A DNA stretch of 62,569 bases, filler included, from Asterionella formosa (GCA_002256025.1; 28 parts of 28 records of this genome joined end to end with filler, not necessarily neighbours in it); one strand, 5' to 3'; shown: positions 38,100 through 51,041, counted from the whole stretch's first letter. Notes: generated from the letters alone by a model not told the origin. Program-made: numbers and translations.

Positions 38100-38729
38100 A
38101 TATTGGACCGAAATCTTCAGCATCAACATCCATTTCTACTTTCTCAATTGAAGTAGATGATGAACCTTTGTTTACCTGTTCCCTCAATCATCCAATTTTG
38201 GCAGACAATATTCAATATCCTCTGGAATATTACTCAATACATGATAGACAATTGCTGGATATACAATTGATTCTCAATCAAACAACTCATCTCATTCTCA
38301 ATCAACAAACCAAACACATCTGTTAAATTTTCCCTCTATCAATTTTCATCATATACATTTCATGTATTTTGTAAAGAATCCAGGAGATACTTGACGTATT
38401 GTTATTCCTACATCACTATCGAATCCTATGGTACAGTTACTTTTCAACAAACTATGCATACAACGGAACGAATTAATATCCATTACATCAAACCTTTTCA
38501 AAGGTAAAAGGTTTTCCCTTGGTGTGGGAGAGTGAGCGATCTTGCGCATCAATACAGATGTATATAGGGTTAGTGTTATATCATATATGTATCAGAACTC
38601 AATAATGAGAGAACTCGACTAACCCTCATTGTATACTTTGGTGTCGACTTGGAGAACGAGTTACACACAAGGATTAACAAATAAGCTCATATATTCAACA
38701 AATACTACTACTTCTAGTTAGATACTTCA
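38100..38729 (+). mobile_element. Decayed Ty3/gypsy 3' end with 3' LTR (38533-38729)
   Basis: Integrase-tail remnant (ERINIHYIKPF), PPT GTGGGAGAG, then a TGAGC...CTTCA LTR homologous to 43458-43653. Confidence 0.8.
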
Positions 38730-39217
38730 CCAGGTACCGGTATATATACCTGTATTTCATAGTATATTTCATACCCATATTATCATGTACTGTTGTACCT
38801 GGTACTGGTACCCGGTACATAGACTAGTAGAGGCTCTACGAAGTATATATACTGCCCCATGATCACAGACATATCCAGGACAAGAAGAATACTGGTAAAT
38901 CGTGCGCAAGTCACCTTACTGACGTACTTGCGTCGAGACAGTCTTTTGGAAGTCAAGGGATTCATTCTTGTGCTCATCATCCCTCTCGTTTGTTCTAAAT
39001 GCGACTCACTCGATCGCTTTTTAATGTTGGTTGGAACGACTTTTGCTTGTCTGGTTTTGACTGCTTGCTGACGGTACCAGAGCAAATTGTGGTAAAAAAG
39101 CAATTCAGCTCTGTTTTCCTGATAGTAAAAACCCTATTATTCCGCAACTCGAAAGGTATACCATACATTCCCTCTCCTGGTGCATAGATTTCCCGCAACT
39201 CAAGTGCCAACAATCAC

Positions 39218-39465
39218 TTTGTAGGTATTGATGACTACACAAAAAGGTACTAAACTTGTAATGTGTGGTGCAACAGAGCTACCTGGTACAAAAAATGATC
39301 AAGGAGCAAGAATCACGTAACTGGTAGTTCAACAGCAATGGAACCAGATGCTGGTTTGGTAATTATGACTGATGCAGTTGCTAAGTACAATGCTATCTAC
39401 TCTACAATCATTTGTGATGATGATTCTACTATTAGAGCTGTCTCCAAATGGTGCTTGAAGGAGTA
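39218..39465 (+). pseudogene. Kolobok/Mutator-like DDE transposase relic
   Basis: KNHVTGSSTAMEPDAG..IYSTIICDDDSTIRAV (SSxxME plus DxDS motif). Confidence 0.55.
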
Positions 39466-40335
39466 GCACAGTTACAGTATTCGCTTCAGAAATAGAACCT
39501 TGCTTAAATCATGCAGAATTTTGGTGATGGAGAGCTTAAAGGACATTGATATGCCTGGTTTAGCTACTTTATGGAAATACCATGTACTTCTATAAATATC
39601 TCTTATCGTCTGTATCCAGCAAGTACTTTCACCCAGCATCCACTCCATGCACAGCGGGATCCACAAATGCTCCAAGGCATGAAAATTACATTAGGACCAA
39701 AATTAATCATGAAAGGATACGACGTTGGTGATTGATGAAGATATTCAGTAACCCATAGCTACTCAAAACGGAAACCAGAAATGTGCATTTGATGGGCCAA
39801 AGGGTATGTTACTCAAATTCGGGCACTACTCGAAAACAACCATGAATGCTTGGTATGAACAAAATGTGGTGCTCCTTAAGGAAACAAGTTATCAACTTGC
39901 TCACTCTCCTTTACCACAAGATCAGAGTTTTTATGCTAATAAAAACTTGATTTGCCCCCTTAAATGCAAATTGTTTTCATTGGAGCTTCATGATCTTCTT
40001 ATATGAAGACAAAACAACAAAAGTTAATGATTAGAAAAGGTTGATTTCTTGTATGCAGCATTGGCACAGCTGACATTACAAGGTCAACTCTAGATTCGTA
40101 AATCTTTGGATATTTAGGAACCACAGTCAAGACAAAATATACCACCTCAAGAGTGGTGGATGGCATCTGTAAAATCGGTGAAAAAATCTAGGAGTCAGGA
40201 GGGATCAAGGCGATTAGGGACACTGACAAAATCAANNNNNNNNNNNNNNNNNNNNNNNNNNNNNNNNNNNNNNNNNNNNTTAATTAATTAANNNNNNNNN
40301 NNNNNNNNNNNNNNNNNNNNNNNNNNNNNNNNNNN

Positions 40336-42470
40336 CAAGTTTCTATCTTGCAGCACTGAAGGTTTTCGCAGTGCATTTCATGTTCTCTCTGGAGAAATTG
40401 ACATCCAAGAAAAACGCCTCATTGGAAAAGACAATGCTGCAATGCTTCGCTTCCAATCAACAAATCTTGGTGTAAATGCATTGTGTAACATCGCTCTCTG
40501 CAACTTCAAGCGTCTACTTGACAATGGTCACTGGATTGCTGGCTTAAATCTTCCCAAGTCTCATCCAGACTCCCTACCCGTCGCTTTCCAGGCTTCTTCC
40601 GATGCTGCATATCAAGCCATCGTTGCAGAGTTGAAGTCCCTCCGCAACTCAATCAAAACTGGCACTGCAGTTCCTGATGATTCTGTCACCTTGAAACTTC
40701 TAATAGCATCTGCTATCATTTTGGAAAGAAAGGGCACACGAGAAACAATTGTCCAAGTCCTACTAAGTGGACACACCTTCCTCCACCTGCTGGTGCTCCA
40801 ACAACAATCTTCCGCCATGATACAAATTTTTACTGGTGTACCAAGTGCAAACGTTGAGTCAAAACGCATACTGATGCTACTCACATTGCTCGTGATCCCA
40901 ACACTGTTGCCATTTCACCCACTGTGAAATTCACTGAGGACACTAAGAGTCCTACAGCGAAGTTGGCTTGCGAAACCGTCTCTCAAAATGAAAACAATGC
41001 TCTTGTTCCTCAATTTACAAGTTTTGGATTTATTGCTACTTGTGATGACTCTCATGTCACTTGGTCGGTCGATAGTAATTTGTCTTTGATTGTTAATAAT
41101 GAGTTTATATCGCCCCTTGGGCATAACACTCATGCAGATGCCCTCTGTTGGACTGGTGGTACTGTGCCAGACCTTTCCAACTCTACCACCATTACTATGT
41201 CGTCTTCTGATCCTCATCTCACTGACTCGCACTTTCTTGTTCCTTTGACTTTGTCCATTGACTTATCATTGAACCCTACTACCCCTACTACCCCTTTTGC
41301 TACCAGTCATATGAATCCGTCTAATTGTTCTCCCAAGGTTGGTGCTCCTTGCTTCTTTTGACAGACTTACCAACAGCGATTCGTCTCTGTTGGTATTTTC
41401 CCAATGTTTGATATCTTTGGTTGTCGGCGTGTCACCAACATTAAATTACAGGGCTACCCGACAGTATGGTTGATTTTTGGTGTGATCATGATTAACATGT
41501 GGTTTACTGCAATGTTTCTTGGTGGCGCATATGATAACATGGTCACCTCGCATGGTCCTTGTTCTCCATTCTTGTTGGATATTGCTCCCTTCTTTCTTTT
41601 TTTCTTTCCTCCTAAACCTCCTGATCCTTCGCCTGGGTTACCTGGGATTTCTTTTTCCCTTTCTACCATCCCTTATTCTACTCCTTTTCTGTCTTCCTTA
41701 TGCAAATTTCTCCCCACTGGTACACAAAGTATTCTACGTTCTACTCCTCCCATCATGGCCCCATCACTCTTTGCCTACACCATCTTCCAAGATTCATTTC
41801 TTGATTTTTCACCTCTTTCTGTCATTCTTGACTCCATCTGCACTCCCGCCATCAACATTCTTCCCACATCCAAACCTTTGCCTTCATCCTTCTTTCGTCC
41901 CATTGAAATGGACCCCATCTCCTTGTTTGGTGGCCTTGAACAACATTTCACCGTCATTTGGGACACTGGTGCCTCACGTCCTGTTTCTGCATATTCCACC
42001 GATTTTGTTGGTCCCATTCTTCAACCCTCCATTCCCCTTCATCTTGGTGGCATTGCTTCTGGTCTCACAGTTGCTGGCATCGGCACTGTACAGTGGACTT
42101 TCCTTTCTGACTCTGGTCGCCTCTTGACCCTTCATCTTACTGCATATTATGTGCCTCAATGCAAACAACGCCTTTTATCTCCTCAACGTATCTTCGACAA
42201 AGAAAATGGCCATGTGGGAATTTTCGAGGTAACCGCTGATTGCGCACGCCTTGTAATTGATGGATCACCCACCTTGACTATTCCCTATGATCCCATAAAC
42301 TCTCTTCCTACCAGTCATGGCATTCGTGCTTCATCTGTGTGCGACAAAGAAGCCTCCCTTAATTTATGTGTCACAGACGAAACAAACCAAAACCTTACTG
42401 AGGCTCAAAAGGAATATCTTCACTGGCACTTCCGTCTTGGCCACCTCTGCTCAGACACCATTCAATTTCT
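40336..42470 (+). mobile_element. Copia gag-protease region, copy 3 (gag frameshifted)
   Basis: Same boundaries and motifs as copies 1 and 2; 1-bp deletion near 40698. Confidence 0.9.
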
Positions 42471-42570
42471 NNNNNNNNNNNNNNNNNNNNNNNNNNNNNN
42501 NNNNNNNNNNNNNNTTAATTAATTAANNNNNNNNNNNNNNNNNNNNNNNNNNNNNNNNNNNNNNNNNNNN

Positions 42571-42997
42571 TCCCAAAGAGGTTGTAGTAGCAGCCGAAGA
42601 ACACGTGCAATCCCATTTCAATATGGTTGCCATCTTTATCCAACCACGAGCTGACCTTGCCTCCAACCCAAGGTCGAATTTCGAAAATCTCAACCTTATG
42701 TCCAGCATCGGCAAGATCCATGGCAGCGACCATACCAGCCAATCCTGCACCGATGATACCGATATTTAGGGACTCCTCGTTGACCTTTCCAGGTCCATTC
42801 TGAGCCCTCGCCATGAGGTTCTTGTTGAGGAAGGCATCGTTTCCAACCTGATTCTTGGCCCCAGCTGATGTGAAAGTTCCCTCGGTGGTGCTCATTTTGA
42901 CGAGAGATGGACGGCGCACTCCAGACAGTGATACCGGGACAAAGGAGGAAGCCGTGGCAAATAAGAGGGCGATCGACGCAATGTGAAGGCGGACCAT
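42571..42997 (-). CDS. ZDS: Zeta-carotene desaturase, N-terminal part with bipartite plastid presequence
   Basis: [50 protein letters not shown] (ZDS-type rather than PDS-type). Confidence 0.9.
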
Positions 42998-43457
42998 TAT
43001 TTCGTTGCTTAGATTTATTAATTCACTGATTAGTATTTGGTCAATTAAGCAAATGAAGGTTTGACTGTTTGGACGACGATCTAGTCTGTGAAGTGACAAG
43101 AGAGGAACGGCTTGTGGCCTCCTTTGTTGTCGTCGAAATGGATACAAAATAAGGCGTCAGGTTCCAACAAGGACACATGTTGAATTTCCCTGCATCATCT
43201 ATCCTCCATGATCGAAAGAACCATCAAGCCAAAGTGCGTACCAGGTACCAGGTACTGGTACCCTGGTACCAGTATGTTAGTGTGTACAACCAGGTACCAG
43301 CAGTTCTTCCGCCCGTCAGTGATTGAATCGGAGGAATCATTTTTTTTTCGTACGATACCGGGGGTACCAGGGTACCAGTACCTGGTACCAGGTAACTGAG
43401 ATCTGAGCTGGCCAGATCTCAGTTCCAGGTACCGGTACCTGGTACCAGGGTACCTGG

Positions 43458-44705
43458 TGAAGTATCTAACTAGAAGTAGTAGTATTTGTTGAATATATGA
43501 GCTTATTAATTAATCCTTATGTATAACTCATTTCCTGAACTGACATCAAAAGTATAGAATGGGTGTTAGTCGAGTTCTCTCATTATTGAATTCCGATATA
43601 TTTGACATAACCCCAACTCTATATATATCTGTATCGATGTGCAGGATTGCTCACTCTCCCACACTTGAGGGAAAACCTTTTACCTATGAAAAGGTTTGAT
43701 ACGACGAATATTAATTCGTTCGGTAATATGCATAGTGCGTTGAAAAGTAACTGTACCATTGGCATGTACTTGAATAATAGTATAAGGACCTCGTCCACGA
43801 TCATCCAAAGTAGTAGGATTATCCAATAATATTAAAATCTCGTCACCCACTTTGTAATCATAAGATCGACGACGGAAATTTGCACGACGTAAACGTTCGT
43901 CAATTATCACCTGTCGACGTTGATGTATTAATTGTAAATCTGTAATCAAAGGAATATTTAATATCATATCACGTTGGAAAACCCATGCTCCTGGTGAAAT
44001 ACGTAATATACTATGAATAGTAGCTCGAGCTGCATATGACGCAGCTGCAAAACATGTATCCACAATATTTTGGGCTTGAAATTCATTGATTGGAGGATGA
44101 GCCTTTAACATAACTCGTAGACTATTGCTGATAGATTGATGGAAACGTTCACAGATAGCATTTGCTTGTGGATTCTTTACTGTGGTAGTCACATCTTTGA
44201 TTCCATTCAATACTAACATGTGTAAGAAAGGAGCACCAGTAAATTCACCTCCATTGTCATGTATACAACGTTCTGGACGGGGATATCTGGCTAACCAATC
44301 ATTTTCAAATTTCATTGCAATATATTCTGATGTTTTATTGATGATACGTGAAATTTCTGCTAAATTGGTGACTGTGTCAATACAAGTTAGAGCACGAAAT
44401 TCAATCGTTTGAGCAGCCACTGTTATCTTCCATGGACCAATTAGATCTACTGCGACTTCTGACCATGGTAATAATAATGCATTCCTGGGTGGAAGTTCAC
44501 CAAAACCAGTACCAGGTAATTTTGTACGTTGACATGCTTCACATACTCTTACAATATGTTCCACTCTTGTTTTTAATATAGGGTGATAAAAATGTGTAGC
44601 AATTGTAGCATTTAATCTTGTCATACCCACATGAGCTAACATCTGATGATACCAATTAATAATAGGATCCAATAATGATGTAGGAATAGCAATACGCCAA
44701 GTATC
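43458..44705 (-). mobile_element. Ty3/gypsy integrase (43680-44705), PPT and 196-bp 3' LTR (43458-43653)
   Basis: HHCC (YHQMLAH..CEACQ); DDE (VDLIGPW, HDNGGEF, NAICERFH); GPY motif; GTGGGAGAG|TGAGC..CTTCA. Confidence 0.92.
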
Positions 44706-44805
44706 NNNNNNNNNNNNNNNNNNNNNNNNNNNNNNNNNNNNNNNNNNNNTTAATTAATTAANNNNNNNNNNNNNNNNNNNNNNNNNNNNNNNNNNNNNNN
44801 NNNNN

Positions 44806-44870
44806 TTTATCATCACATGTACAGAGTCATCGACAGCATTGAGTCCGTCTTTACTAGCATTGCATCCCAT
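44806..44870 (-). CDS. N-terminus of an unknown protein with a predicted N-myristoyl/palmitoyl signal
   Basis: MGCNASKDGLNAVDDSVHVMI (MGCxxSK), truncated by the linker. Confidence 0.5.
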
Positions 44871-46157
44871 GATTTGTGTTTTCCTGCAGGAATGCTGGGT
44901 CAGAATAGACAAATGAGAAGTTAAGGAAATAACCGGTGGTCCTGTCAATGTAAAATCTCTATTGTATATGCCACGCCAATACTGCGTACGATTTTGTCTC
45001 CTGCAACTTGATGGCAACAGTTACTTACCAATCAGTATCACTGTAGGGCAAGAGTAGCTGATTGATTAGAATGAAAAGCAAGAAGATGCGCTCCAGTGTA
45101 AGTTTAGTTACCGGTAATAATACTCTGTGACATGCACAGGTTTTGCTACCGCTGCTGTCGTTGGTCGGCACACATCATTCGTTCATTCTCGTCTGATGCT
45201 CTTGTGCTTTTAAGCTTTGGCGCTGCATCTTGATTAATTATATACATGTACGTTGTATATGATATTTTATATATATCGTGTACCGGTAATCGAAGATTCG
45301 TGTGACGAGGAAGTTAGCCATATCTTCCCTTATACTACGTATAAGTGCCCTCTAAAAGTCTACACTTGCTGTAGAATGTCCGTACGTCAGTCCGTTATAG
45401 GCAGCTGTCGAGCCAGCATACCGGTATGTATTCATTTTATAATCTTAGTATCTACCGGGTAGAACGGTACCAGGTATGCTGGTGAGAATATTCCACTGGT
45501 GTGGTGCTATGTTAATACCGGTATGCATCCTATGATAATACCGGTATGCATCCTATGATACACAGCATCATATACACGCACCATGTAAAATGAAATACCA
45601 GGTACTCGGAGTACCTGGTACCAGGTACCTGGTACAGTTACGACTGTAGGATATGAGACGAAGCAACCAGTATTGTTTAGTCTCGCAAATGTGTAGAAAA
45701 GTATGGGTATCCAGCCAGATATATAATACACACCTAACCCATCTGCACCTAGATAATCTAATATACATCCCAGCAATTGAAGAGAAGAAACTCACCATTG
45801 CATTGTTAAATTTGCTGACTGGTGGTTTGCACACTGCCGACCTCGAAAGCAAGCAGCTCAACTGGCTGAGGAGAGGCAACAGTGGTGTGTTTTGTAATCC
45901 ATAAAAAGCCTTTAAAAAAACCCATCAGCCAGCCAGTAGTGCCCGCTGAAACTCTGCTGTACTTCTCACTTGCTTTTGACTAGAACATCTCTGGCTACAC
46001 CTCTTGTGTACCAGTTACTTGCTTTGAATAGTATATACATGATATGATATATATTTATATAAATATCCACTAGTAATTTCAAGGAGAATTGTGTCTCTGA
46101 CAAACTCTTCTTCTTTGATCAAGTACCTTAGGTGCAAGCTGGCGCCGCCGCTGCCGT

Positions 46158-46939
46158 TTATTGCTGTGGGGAGCATTGTGCCGATCTGGAGGCAGGTGGA
46201 AGATTGGCACGGTCATTAGTAAGAACTTCAGGTCTTGTTGAATGCTCCCAAACATATCCAGCTCTTGCCTTTAGATAATAAGTTCCCTGCAGAAATGATT
46301 GCTCAACAAATTCTGGTGTAACATTGTGTGACCCTGTTGGAATCTCCATGTCTGGTGCTTGTTCCATCATTTGGAAAATTGGTCTCCACTCTAATTTCAG
46401 TCTATCCAGGAGCTTCTTGTCAGGGGATAGTGACGGTGGATCAAGAAGGCGAAATGGTCTGACAATGCCTGGTTGTCCATTTAGCCATAGACTCCACCCT
46501 GTCCGGCGGAGAATCTTTTCAGGAAACTGCCAACCCCTTGGTACCTGCCAAAACTTTCCATCATAGTAGTACAAAGTATGATCTATCCCCTTCTGTTGAC
46601 CTTGTTGATGTTCTTGTTCAGGGAGTGGTCGAGTTACCTGATCATTTGTTATTCCACCTTGTTGAAGCTGATCACAAAGCACCTGTTCAAGCTGTTTGTG
46701 ATGCTCTTTCAACCGATTGTTTAGAAAATCGATTGTAATGACACCACCACAGATGTCATGCTCTTCAATTGCTTGAACTACAGAAGCTTTGATTTCCTCT
46801 GTCTGATGCATCATCATTGATGTTAACTGAGTGACTTTTAGAAGAATCTCACTCAATTTTTGTGAGTGATCAATATGTGGTGGGATCCCTGTGGCTTGGG
46901 GCATGTTGTCAGTTCTATCAAGTGTCACAAATTTTTGCA
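46158..46939 (-). mobile_element. Crypton-like protein, C-terminal half
   Basis: ATGIPPH..YYYDGKFWQVPRGWQFP..GWSLWLNG..VRPFRLL, which I recognise from stramenopile Crypton C-termini. Confidence 0.55.
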
Positions 46940-47039
46940 NNNNNNNNNNNNNNNNNNNNNNNNNNNNNNNNNNNNNNNNNNNNTTAATTAATTAANNNNN
47001 NNNNNNNNNNNNNNNNNNNNNNNNNNNNNNNNNNNNNNN

Positions 47040-48337
47040 TTTTTTTTCAGAACACACCATTTTGTCTGAAGAAGACCAAATGCCATTTCTATTCTTATCC
47101 TTAGCTGTGAAAGGAAAAAGTTAAATGTATCCTGTGTTGGATCATCACGTTGTGAGCCAACAAAGGGAACAAGCATTACATCAGACAATGTGTAAGCTGC
47201 ATCGCCGACCAGATAAAAACCTGTGTTGAATGCTGCAACTTGATCGAAAATGGAAGTTTTTTCAAAAGCTACTTGGTCACTGCATTTTCCCGGTGCAATT
47301 ACACCAAAATAAATAAATCTTGAGTCAGCATCACAAACAGCCTGGACATTGATTCCATAAGTCATGTAGTGACCGGAAAAAAATGAACCAGGGTTGTTGC
47401 CACTTTCAACTATAGTCGGGCGGTTGATGGTGGCAAGGAAGCCGTCAATAGCACCAACACATCCTCTCATCACGCCCTCTGAGCTTTTGCATTCAAAGCT
47501 GGAAGCCAATTTGATAAATTCTTCTTTTTCTTTTGGAAAAATAATTTCGAGTTCTTCACAGTTTAGTACAGCATCAATGAACAAATCACGACATCGATAA
47601 AGTGAAGCAATGCTACAACCGTAGGCATGACGAATGTCGATGTAACTGCCACCAGCCAGCCATCGCAAACCAATGGCTACCACAATTTCGGGAATTATGG
47701 GCTCAGAAGTGCCACATTTGGAATAATTCCCTGCAATCTGAATTTCCAGCATGGAGGTGAGTTTTTTGAATGCTCTGTGTGACATTCTGTATGTCTTCTC
47801 GAAAGCAATCTCGTGATTGAGTTTCTCGACATGTGATTGCCAGGAGATTCTTTCGTGGTGCCACTTGTGCCTTCGTTGTCGTCGTCGTTCAGATGACTGA
47901 AGCTGCCGTTTACAGCGTCGCCTTTGTCGTTTGGATGAGTGTTCTTTTTCCTCTGCTTCCTTAGTTAAATGACAGAGGAAGAAGAAATCAAGATCACTAC
48001 TGTCATCGTCATTATCATCAAGTAAATCAAATGGCGACGACATGATTCATGCAAATGTGTGTTTTTAATATTATATTTAGTTTCCCGGTAATTATATTTT
48101 GTTGTTGCTTGATATCAAGACCATCATTATATTCTGGAGGGATATACACATGATCTTCGCCAGCCTGTTGCCGTTGAAGATTCATTTTACTCCATGATAC
48201 AATGTGATCACAAATTAGTGATACAGTGACACTTTTGGAATGAATGAAATTCAGTTCAAATCGAGTTACCGTTGCTGATACATTTTCAAAAAAATTCAAA
48301 TTCCGTGATACACGAAAAAAAATGATAAGAACGACCC
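47040..48337 (-). mobile_element. PIF/Harbinger transposon: DDE_Tnp_4 transposase (48043 to 47040, truncated) and candidate left end GGGTCGTTC next to TAA/TTA
   Basis: FEKTYRMS, LRWLAGGSY, VGAIDG, INVQAVCD, VGDAAY, RIRIEMAFGLL..KW. Confidence 0.9.
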
Positions 48338-50393
48338 TTAGTTAACATGATCAATAGAGCGACAAGTGGGTCTCTTCATTGTTGTTTGCTCCTGAAAAAG
48401 TCGGTGTCCGTGTCCGTGTCCGTGTCATCCTCATCAATAGAGAGACAAGTTCTTTCGTTGGAAAAATTGGTACCGTATCATCATTCGCTCGTTCGAACCA
48501 CTGTCCGTTGCCTCAAACCTGATTAGCGTTTGAGTACCGGTACCCGGTATGTGCACTGTCGACTTTAGTACATTACAGGCGGAGTGACTTCGCTACTAAA
48601 TTGCGTGATATAATAATATACCCTGTACCGGTAGCACGATGCAGAATACAGTTGCTTCCCAATCATCTCATCATGATTGATAAGATGATACTGTGATATC
48701 ATGATAAGGTTACATCGATGCATACATCACCGAAGTATGATACGTCATATTGAATAAAGTACATCACATAGCTATGATACATTGATCCTAAAATTATGAT
48801 GATTTTATGAAATATATATGATATAATTTTGATCAAAATATGATCATGTAAAAATAGTACAATGATAATAAAATACGATAAAATATGTACGCAAGTGTTA
48901 TCGATACATCACAGAATATAAATCAAGCAATCATAAAGTATGTTAATTAATATATATGTTTGTCGCTTAATATATACAATTAAAGTCAACAGTTAATATG
49001 ATAGTATTTTACAGTGGATAGGATCTACCGTAAGTATACGGATGCATTGATATGTACATCACTATAATATGATTTGTGATATGGATTGATGCATATCACA
49101 TACCGGTATCCTCAACAACCAGCCATCACGTTCATTGTCGTGTCGTCTTTCCTTGTTTTAGCTATATATATGCNNNNNNNNNNNNNNNNNNNNNNNNNNN
49201 NNNNNNNNNNNNNNNNNTTAATTAATTAANNNNNNNNNNNNNNNNNNNNNNNNNNNNNNNNNNNNNNNNNNNNGTCATTCCACACTGTTGTTTTGTTTCG
49301 AATGTATCTATCTAGTCCATAAAAACCAATTTATTTATCAATTACTACTCTTTGATGACATATTGTTGTTGATCATATTTGTTGATTTGTATAGTCGTTT
49401 ACCATGATGTCAATATTGCCGCCAAGCAGTTCTTTTCTTGTACTAACGCACTTTGCTACATTTCTACTATGAGTTCGTATCACAAGCTGCATAAATACTC
49501 AGCTAGAGAGAGTCAATAGTGCTGGTGCAGCGTGGTGATCACGCTTGCTCAGAATGGAATGATCAGGGTTGCTTGTTTGGTGGCCGGAGGAATGACTGTG
49601 GCGGAAATACTGCTACTGGTGTAACAAGGCTACTACAGCGATGCGCATGGTTGCAGCAACCAGACCATTTACGCTACATAACGATGCAGGTCTAAATTGG
49701 GTTCAGCGTTTTTTCTTCTTCTTTTGGTCGTCGATTGTGTGGTGATGGAAAGTCAAGCAATGTTGCCTGTGTAAGTACTACAATGATTCACAATGCATGC
49801 GTCTCCATTGAAACTTCTATTTTTTACTTCATTTCTAACCCAAAACAATTTTTTCCATTACTTATTTGATGGAACTCATTACATCGCATTTCATACTTTG
49901 GTTGCTCCAAACATCATGTTCAATTTTCATTGATGTTGTATGTTGTTACAATCATTCTCTTATGTTTTACCCTTGTTGTACCACCTCTATGCAAATTACC
50001 GTTATTTTGGTTGTCAAGCTAAAATCGGTAATTTTATTCTTGCCGAAAAATTCGATGTGCCCCATATTGCATTTAAGGTTCCTGCATTTGAACCCCTAGG
50101 CAAAAAATAAAATATTGCTTAGGGTTGCCGAAATTCCCTGGAACTAAGAATTTTTATGAGTTAATTTTGAATGACGTGATTCCATTTGAAATATTTGAAT
50201 CACTGGAAATTTGCGCGTACATACATAGATTCCTTTTCGAATTCAATAAATATATACATAAACGTTCTCCATCGCTCAATGTTTATATAACCTATCATAC
50301 AATCAACATATATGTGTCAGACGAGCTGGTGGCAGCATGGCAAATATTGTTGATGACTACCGGTAAGAAACAAAAAAAAAGCAACAATCAACC

Positions 50394-50855
50394 ATGAGCG
50401 AAATTACACATCAAAATGATGACAATGGTAATGACAAATTTAACTACAGTCATGATACTAGTTGCCCTACCTGCCAAGACCGGTTGATTGTAGAGTCGTA
50501 TGTGGAGGGATGTGAGGATCGCATCTTCTGCGAATGCTGCGATTTTTGCTGCCTTGAATGTCAGTGCCGATGGGATGAAGTCGAAGAGTTGGTGGAGAAG
50601 TTTCTGGAAGGTGAATCCATTCTTACCAGGCTGAAGGATGAAGACATTACGGCATCAAGAGCCCGCAATCTTCTGTACAAGTTTCTAATCAGAGTTTTCA
50701 GTGGTCCATTGGGAAAAGGTGTTCGGATGCAACTTCCTGACTGTTGTTTGAAGGGGGTTCGATCTCTTTTGAAGAACAAGGACCCAAACGAAGTGTTCAC
50801 TGGTTTCAAACCAACTTCCAAACGTTCTAAATGTTCTAAATCTATTAGTGATTAG
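50394..50855 (+). CDS. Cys-rich TE accessory protein resembling KolX / P2X7 ballast domain
   Basis: CECCDFCCLECQC..RNLLYK..GPLGKGVRMQLPDCCLKGVR..FTGFK. Confidence 0.6.
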   Translation: MSEITHQNDDNGNDKFNYSHDTSCPTCQDRLIVESYVEGCEDRIFCECCDFCCLECQCRWDEVEELVEKFLEGESILTRLKDEDITASRARNLLYKFLIRVFSGPLGKGVRMQLPDCCLKGVRSLLKNKDPNEVFTGFKPTSKRSKCSKSISD

Positions 50856-51041
50856 TGTTTTTACGATTTTCATTTATTTCATTAGTAAATCAAGAACTTC
50901 AATCCACCTACGTACGATGTTTCAAAACCTTCTAGAAATGAGGTGGCATGAATGATAAAAATATTTTTTATTTTTACACAATCTAACGAATCAACCTGCC
51001 ATAAAAACAGGAACACCAGCCAACTATTATAAGACAAAATC

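Noticed and set aside
24669..42470. Three copia copies as a local triplication
   Set aside because: They are separate contigs with identical boundaries, i.e. assembly-graph bubbles that size sorting placed close together.
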